Positions 25,349 through 28,814 of a stretch of 28,814 nt of DNA are shown here, piece after piece. The DNA lies in IMG/VR virus record IMGVR_UViG_3300025835_000030, positions 1 through 28,814 of that record; one strand, written 5' to 3'. The notes beneath the pieces were generated by a model. The model did not search any database and was not told where the DNA came from. It saw only the letters and a list, made by a program, of their open reading frames with translations. The stretch is from a virus. Its lineage: Duplodnaviria > Caudoviricetes. Both the position numbers and the translations under genes were made by a program. How positions within the stretch are numbered: position 1 is the first letter of the stretch; the number at the start of each line of letters is the position of its first letter.

Positions 25349-27397
25349 TTATAAGCTATTTATGGGGTTACGGTTAAAATTATTGGTATATTCAAAAGCA
25401 TCTTCTTCATCTTCATAAACATCAATTGGTATCGTTGGCAATGTGTCATCATCAACCTGTGGTACATAAGTTTCAAAGCCAGGTATGCTAAAGCTATTTG
25501 AAATTGTTTTTTTATGGTTGTTTATGACTGTAACCTTATCAATGGCATTTTTTTGAAGTTGCATATAGCTTGTAACTGTGGCTTGATATCTAGACATGAT
25601 TTCGGTTGCATCTTTGTGGTAGTCCTTTGCTTCAATAGGGGCTTTAGCGCCGATTGGTTTAGGCAAGGCTTCGCATAAATAGCGTCCGTCTTCAACATCA
25701 TAAATCAAAGCTTTATAGATGTTACCTTTTTTATCGTCTAACCAGTATATATCAATAGTTCTATCTTCAACTGATTTTAATAATCTGATCAGGTTCTCTC
25801 CGGTATATATTTCTGACTTATCGCCTAAAAGCCATTCTGATTCTTGTAATTTCATAATACCGGCATGACAACTGGTGCGTGTTTTGCGACCTAAATATTT
25901 TATGAATGACTTGTAATTGGTAGGTTTTAAATCGGGATGTTGACGGTTTTTAAAATAATCAAATCGGCTGATGCTAGGGTCTTGCTTATTAGGCATGTTA
26001 TTCCAGGTTTGAATATTACTGAATCCGAGCGCTACTAAATCTTTATAAGGTATAATCTTTGTCGGTTCTGGTCCGGCTTGGTTGGCTTCACTCAAAGCAA
26101 AAGGACGCGCAATCCATCCTTCTTGCTCCTTTTCGAGCTCGTATCTTAAGGTTCGGTAATAGCGTTCTATACGTTTTGATCGGGCGCTGTTTGGATGTAT
26201 CTGTACATTCTGAAACATAGCCCCTTCTTTTAAAAAGGTCTCTTTAAAAGAGCTATTTAATGAAAGTTCACACTCAAGGGCATCGGGTAGCGGTACATCC
26301 CAGTAATGGTAATTTATAACGAGTTGTTTGTAGAAGTTTAAAATCAATTCTTCTTTAGTTTTGCCATAAGCCCAAGCTGTAATACATTCACTTGCTAAAT
26401 CAATACCTAAATACCACCAGATTCTACTGTTTTTATCATACCAAAAAGGCGGTTGTCTATCGTCTATACTTATCATAGAGCCAGCAAAATGAGGTTGTTC
26501 TAAAGAGTGATATGGTACAAATTTTTGCATCAGCTTTTGGCGGTCACCACTTCGTTTGGCTTCGTTGCCAATTTCATTTTGCCATAGCGATAAAAAGTTT
26601 GTGATGGTGCGATTGCTTAATGGTTTGAAATCTTTAGGGTTGTAAACCTCTCCGGTACCGTTATTAATCACTTCGATATAACCGTTTAAAAAGGCAATAT
26701 ATTCTCGCGCGACTTCGGTAGCATTTGGTTTATGGTTGCGTCCGGCAAACAAATCATTTAGCAATTTATTAACACGTTCATCACGTTTGAGTGCATTTTG
26801 TTTTGATTTGCCTTCGGGATCTTTAATCAGCGTGTAATAACTGTCAATTTTAAAGGCATTTAATTGCTGTTTAAAGCGTCGTAAATGGCTGTTTAAATTG
26901 TGCTCAATATTGTGTCGTTTTAAAAGCACAGCATTAAAGCTGTGAGCATCGGTATAGAGGGTATTGCCGATGCCTCGCAATGACCCACCTTTTGATAGGC
27001 GTTCGCTTTCACGTTCAGCTTCAAGCCTTATAACTGCTTTTAATACACTGGCATTAATGATGAGTTGCTCAATTGTTTCGGGCAAAAGATAGGAGCCGTC
27101 AGGGTATTGGTAATCGTTATAATAGTTTACGGCTTCTTTGTCAATTTTATAAAAAGATTCTAAGGGGTGTTTGGTTTTGCGAGGATCACCAAGTTGCTGT
27201 TGGATGCGTTTAGGGAGTGTATCAAAATTGATAAGCAAATTAGTGTCTAAGCCACCGCCTCTTTGTGCACGCTTTAAACCGCAGCCTCTTTTTTCGTCTA
27301 TTAATAAACGTCTATGTAAAGAGAGGTAATTACACCAAAAGGCTGGTATCAACTCATTTTTTGTAACTACCAATGTGGTTCCTAAATATTGTGGCAT
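25349..27397 (-). CDS. MuA-like DDE transposase
   Basis: 682 aa; MISIDD, YLGIDLASECITAWAYG, LECE, NSARSKRIERYY integrase-core pattern. Confidence 0.88.
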   Translation of the reverse strand: MPQYLGTTLVVTKNELIPAFWCNYLSLHRRLLIDEKRGCGLKRAQRGGGLDTNLLINFDTLPKRIQQQLGDPRKTKHPLESFYKIDKEAVNYYNDYQYPDGSYLLPETIEQLIINASVLKAVIRLEAERESERLSKGGSLRGIGNTLYTDAHSFNAVLLKRHNIEHNLNSHLRRFKQQLNAFKIDSYYTLIKDPEGKSKQNALKRDERVNKLLNDLFAGRNHKPNATEVAREYIAFLNGYIEVINNGTGEVYNPKDFKPLSNRTITNFLSLWQNEIGNEAKRSGDRQKLMQKFVPYHSLEQPHFAGSMISIDDRQPPFWYDKNSRIWWYLGIDLASECITAWAYGKTKEELILNFYKQLVINYHYWDVPLPDALECELSLNSSFKETFLKEGAMFQNVQIHPNSARSKRIERYYRTLRYELEKEQEGWIARPFALSEANQAGPEPTKIIPYKDLVALGFSNIQTWNNMPNKQDPSISRFDYFKNRQHPDLKPTNYKSFIKYLGRKTRTSCHAGIMKLQESEWLLGDKSEIYTGENLIRLLKSVEDRTIDIYWLDDKKGNIYKALIYDVEDGRYLCEALPKPIGAKAPIEAKDYHKDATEIMSRYQATVTSYMQLQKNAIDKVTVINNHKKTISNSFSIPGFETYVPQVDDDTLPTIPIDVYEDEEDAFEYTNNFNRNPINSL

Positions 27398-27413
27398 CTG
27401 TTATTTTTTTTGT

Positions 27414-27453
27414 TCCCGCCGTGGTGTCGAAACCACGCTAAGCCGTGGCGGGA
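27414..27453 (-). other. tRNA-like acceptor + T-arm minihelix in the early leader
   Basis: UCCCGCC...GUGGU-UUCGAC-ACCAC-GGCGGGA-ACAA. Confidence 0.45.
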
Positions 27454-27491
27454 TGTTGGACTATGTTTAATTACCGTGAGAAGTTTCATAG

Positions 27492-27689
27492 TTAGGTGTC
27501 AAAATTATTTTTATCAATCTTTTCAACTTCTTCAAGAAGTAGTTGTTTGGCGCGTTGGCGTATTTTAATGGCTAAATCGGAATTGTTGTAATAATCAAGG
27601 CTCATTTGAACGGTGGTCAAACTCGTATTTAATTCATGAGCGATTTGTTTTTTATACCTGGCCCAAATTTGTATTGTGTTTTTTTGCAT
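27492..27689 (-). CDS. Ner/Cro-like HTH regulator
   Basis: KKQIAHELNTSLTTVQMSL...SDLAIKIRQRA; first early gene, divergent from the repressor. Confidence 0.75.
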   Translation of the reverse strand: MQKNTIQIWARYKKQIAHELNTSLTTVQMSLDYYNNSDLAIKIRQRAKQLLLEEVEKIDKNNFDT

Positions 27690-27772
27690 ATCTTTGTTTG
27701 TATTTATAAATATCAGTTACAAATATATTACAGAATACTGTAATATGCAAATATAATTACAATATTCTGTAT
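27689..27772. promoter_or_regulatory. Lysis-lysogeny switch: divergent promoters and operators
   Basis: TATCTTTG plus at 27689-27696; TATATTTG minus at 27727-27720 and 27755-27748; palindrome ATATTACAG-AATA-CTGTAATAT 27725-27746; related TTACAATATTCTGTAT 27757-27772. Confidence 0.75.
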
Positions 27773-27773
27773 T

Positions 27774-28184
27774 ATGAATAATCTTAACGACTTAACTGAA
27801 AGATTTTTAGAAGTTTACGAACGGTTATTATTGGAGAAAAAAATTACTAATTTGTCTGATTTCGCTAAAAAAGTAGGAATAAGTAACTCTATGATGACTG
27901 AAATTGTTAAAAAAAGAAGTAATGTAGGTATAAAGGTAATACAAAATACTGTAAACACTTTTGATATGATTAGTCCCGACTGGATTCTAACTGGAGAAGG
28001 TAAAATGTTAAAACAACAAAAGACCCAACACATCCATGATCTTAAAAATGATTATCATTTAAAATTAGAAGATTTTGTAGATTTATTAAAACAAAATAAT
28101 ATGCTTTTAACTGAAAATATTGAACATTTAAAGTTAAAAGTAAGTGAACTAGAAAAAGAGATAACTACCCTAAAAAAAGAATAG
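27774..28184 (+). CDS. XRE-family prophage repressor
   Basis: LSDFAKKVGISNSMMTEI HTH, ISPDWILTGEGKM motif, C-terminal coiled coil; no S24 peptidase domain. Confidence 0.88.
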   Translation: MNNLNDLTERFLEVYERLLLEKKITNLSDFAKKVGISNSMMTEIVKKRSNVGIKVIQNTVNTFDMISPDWILTGEGKMLKQQKTQHIHDLKNDYHLKLEDFVDLLKQNNMLLTENIEHLKLKVSELEKEITTLKKE

Positions 28185-28468
28185 GAAGCTACTACATCTT
28201 ATAAACTTGTGGCTGAGTCAAGCCCAAAATTAAAAAAATAATGCGTGTTAACGCACGGTTTGTACACAAAACACATACGCGCGCACAAAAATTAAGCAGC
28301 AAAACTAGCCTTAATATCGCTAAATTTCCTTTAAAATAAGGGCGTTAAGCGATGTTTAAATATTTAAACTTACTGCCATAAGGGGGGTCTTAAACCACTT
28401 TTTTAGCACTTTAAGCCCTTTTTTTATACCATATGGGGGTGTTTACGCGTATATTTTTTCACACCACA

Positions 28469-28504
28469 TGTATACCCTAGTGTATACCCTAATGTATACC
28501 CTAA
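28469..28504. repeat. 12-bp tandem repeat x3, TGTATACCCTAR
   Basis: Units at 28469, 28481 and 28493. Confidence 0.95.
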
Positions 28505-28661
28505 CTAAAAATGTCATAAAATTAAGTCTAATTAAAATCAAATTAATTAGGCTTTAAAAAGCAATTAAATAGTGTAAGAAAAGCGCTTTAATAGTAGTAT
28601 TTTCGGTAGTTTGTTATAATTATTGTAATAACTATCTTTGTATAGTATTATTGAGTAAAAA

Positions 28662-28814
28662 TAATGGTAGTAAAAATGTATTTAATGGTAGTAAGTGTAC
28701 ATTCTGTTTTTAATTATAAAATAGAGTTTATGTGGCTAAATACCGCATAAACACTAATAAAATGGGCAAAATTATTAATACTTTCATTTAATACTTTCTG
28801 TTATACCCCTTATA
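28662..28814. repeat. Subterminal direct repeats, probable phage end/transposase-binding region
   Basis: TAATGGTAGTAA at 28662 and 28683; TTAATACTTTC at 28775 and 28788; TAC(A/T)TTCTGTT twice (~28698, ~28792); non-coding, beyond the repressor as at Mu attL. Confidence 0.55.

Larger units (their letters stand above)
1..28814. mobile_element. Mu-like transposable prophage/phage genome segment (contractile tail), probably Bacteroidota host; distal tail genes and left end lie outside the window
   Basis: DDE transposase + AAA ATPase pair, repressor/Ner switch, DUF935-type portal, MuF, gp36-, gpG- and GemA-like genes, sheath/tube/tape measure; no host genes seen. Confidence 0.95.

Noticed and set aside
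16782-27453. Bona fide tRNA genes at 16782-16847, 19280-19358 or 27414-27453
   Set aside because: None has a full cloverleaf; each shows only part of a tRNA-like fold
21088-28033. Antisense or nested ORFs in the early region (21088..21375, 21572..21910, 24151..24405, 24985..25260, 27815..28033)
   Set aside because: They overlap coherent, translationally coupled genes; no independent support
1-28814. Diversity-generating retroelement, retron, invertase-driven tail switch, or mom-like modification gene
   Set aside because: No reverse transcriptase, recombinase or modification-enzyme motifs seen in the ORFs; such genes could lie beyond the left edge

Overview
The whole 28.8 kb window is most of a Mu-like transposable (pro)phage with a contractile tail. 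The host is probably a Bacteroidota/Flavobacteriia member, inferred from AT-richness, repeated TAnnTTTG -7 promoter elements and the lack of obvious Shine-Dalgarno motifs. From right to left it holds: a non-coding end with short direct repeats; an XRE repressor divergent from a Ner/Cro-like gene; and a leftward early operon (DDE transposase, MuB-like ATPase, second ATPase, DUF3164, GemA-like, small ORFs). Next come a moron, a BRO-N antirepressor behind a C4-like structured leader, and a Mor-like HTH. Two divergent late operons flank a 21-bp repeat array: rightward terS, terL, gp36, portal, MuF, gpG, tail terminator; leftward ClpP-like protease, capsid, lysin, holin, sheath, tube, chaperone, tape measure and baseplate genes running off the left edge. 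Main observations: (1) a promoter-to-terminator ~65-nt antisense RNA directly behind the MuF gene, whose apical hairpin mimics a tRNA-Tyr(GUA) anticodon stem-loop and occupies the slot where an immunity gene for the nuclease-like MuF C-terminal domain would be expected; (2) an A11 slippery run that would fuse portal and MuF by a -1 shift; (3) a symmetric bidirectional late promoter built around palindromic 21-bp repeats. All protein family calls come from motif recognition and synteny, not database searches.
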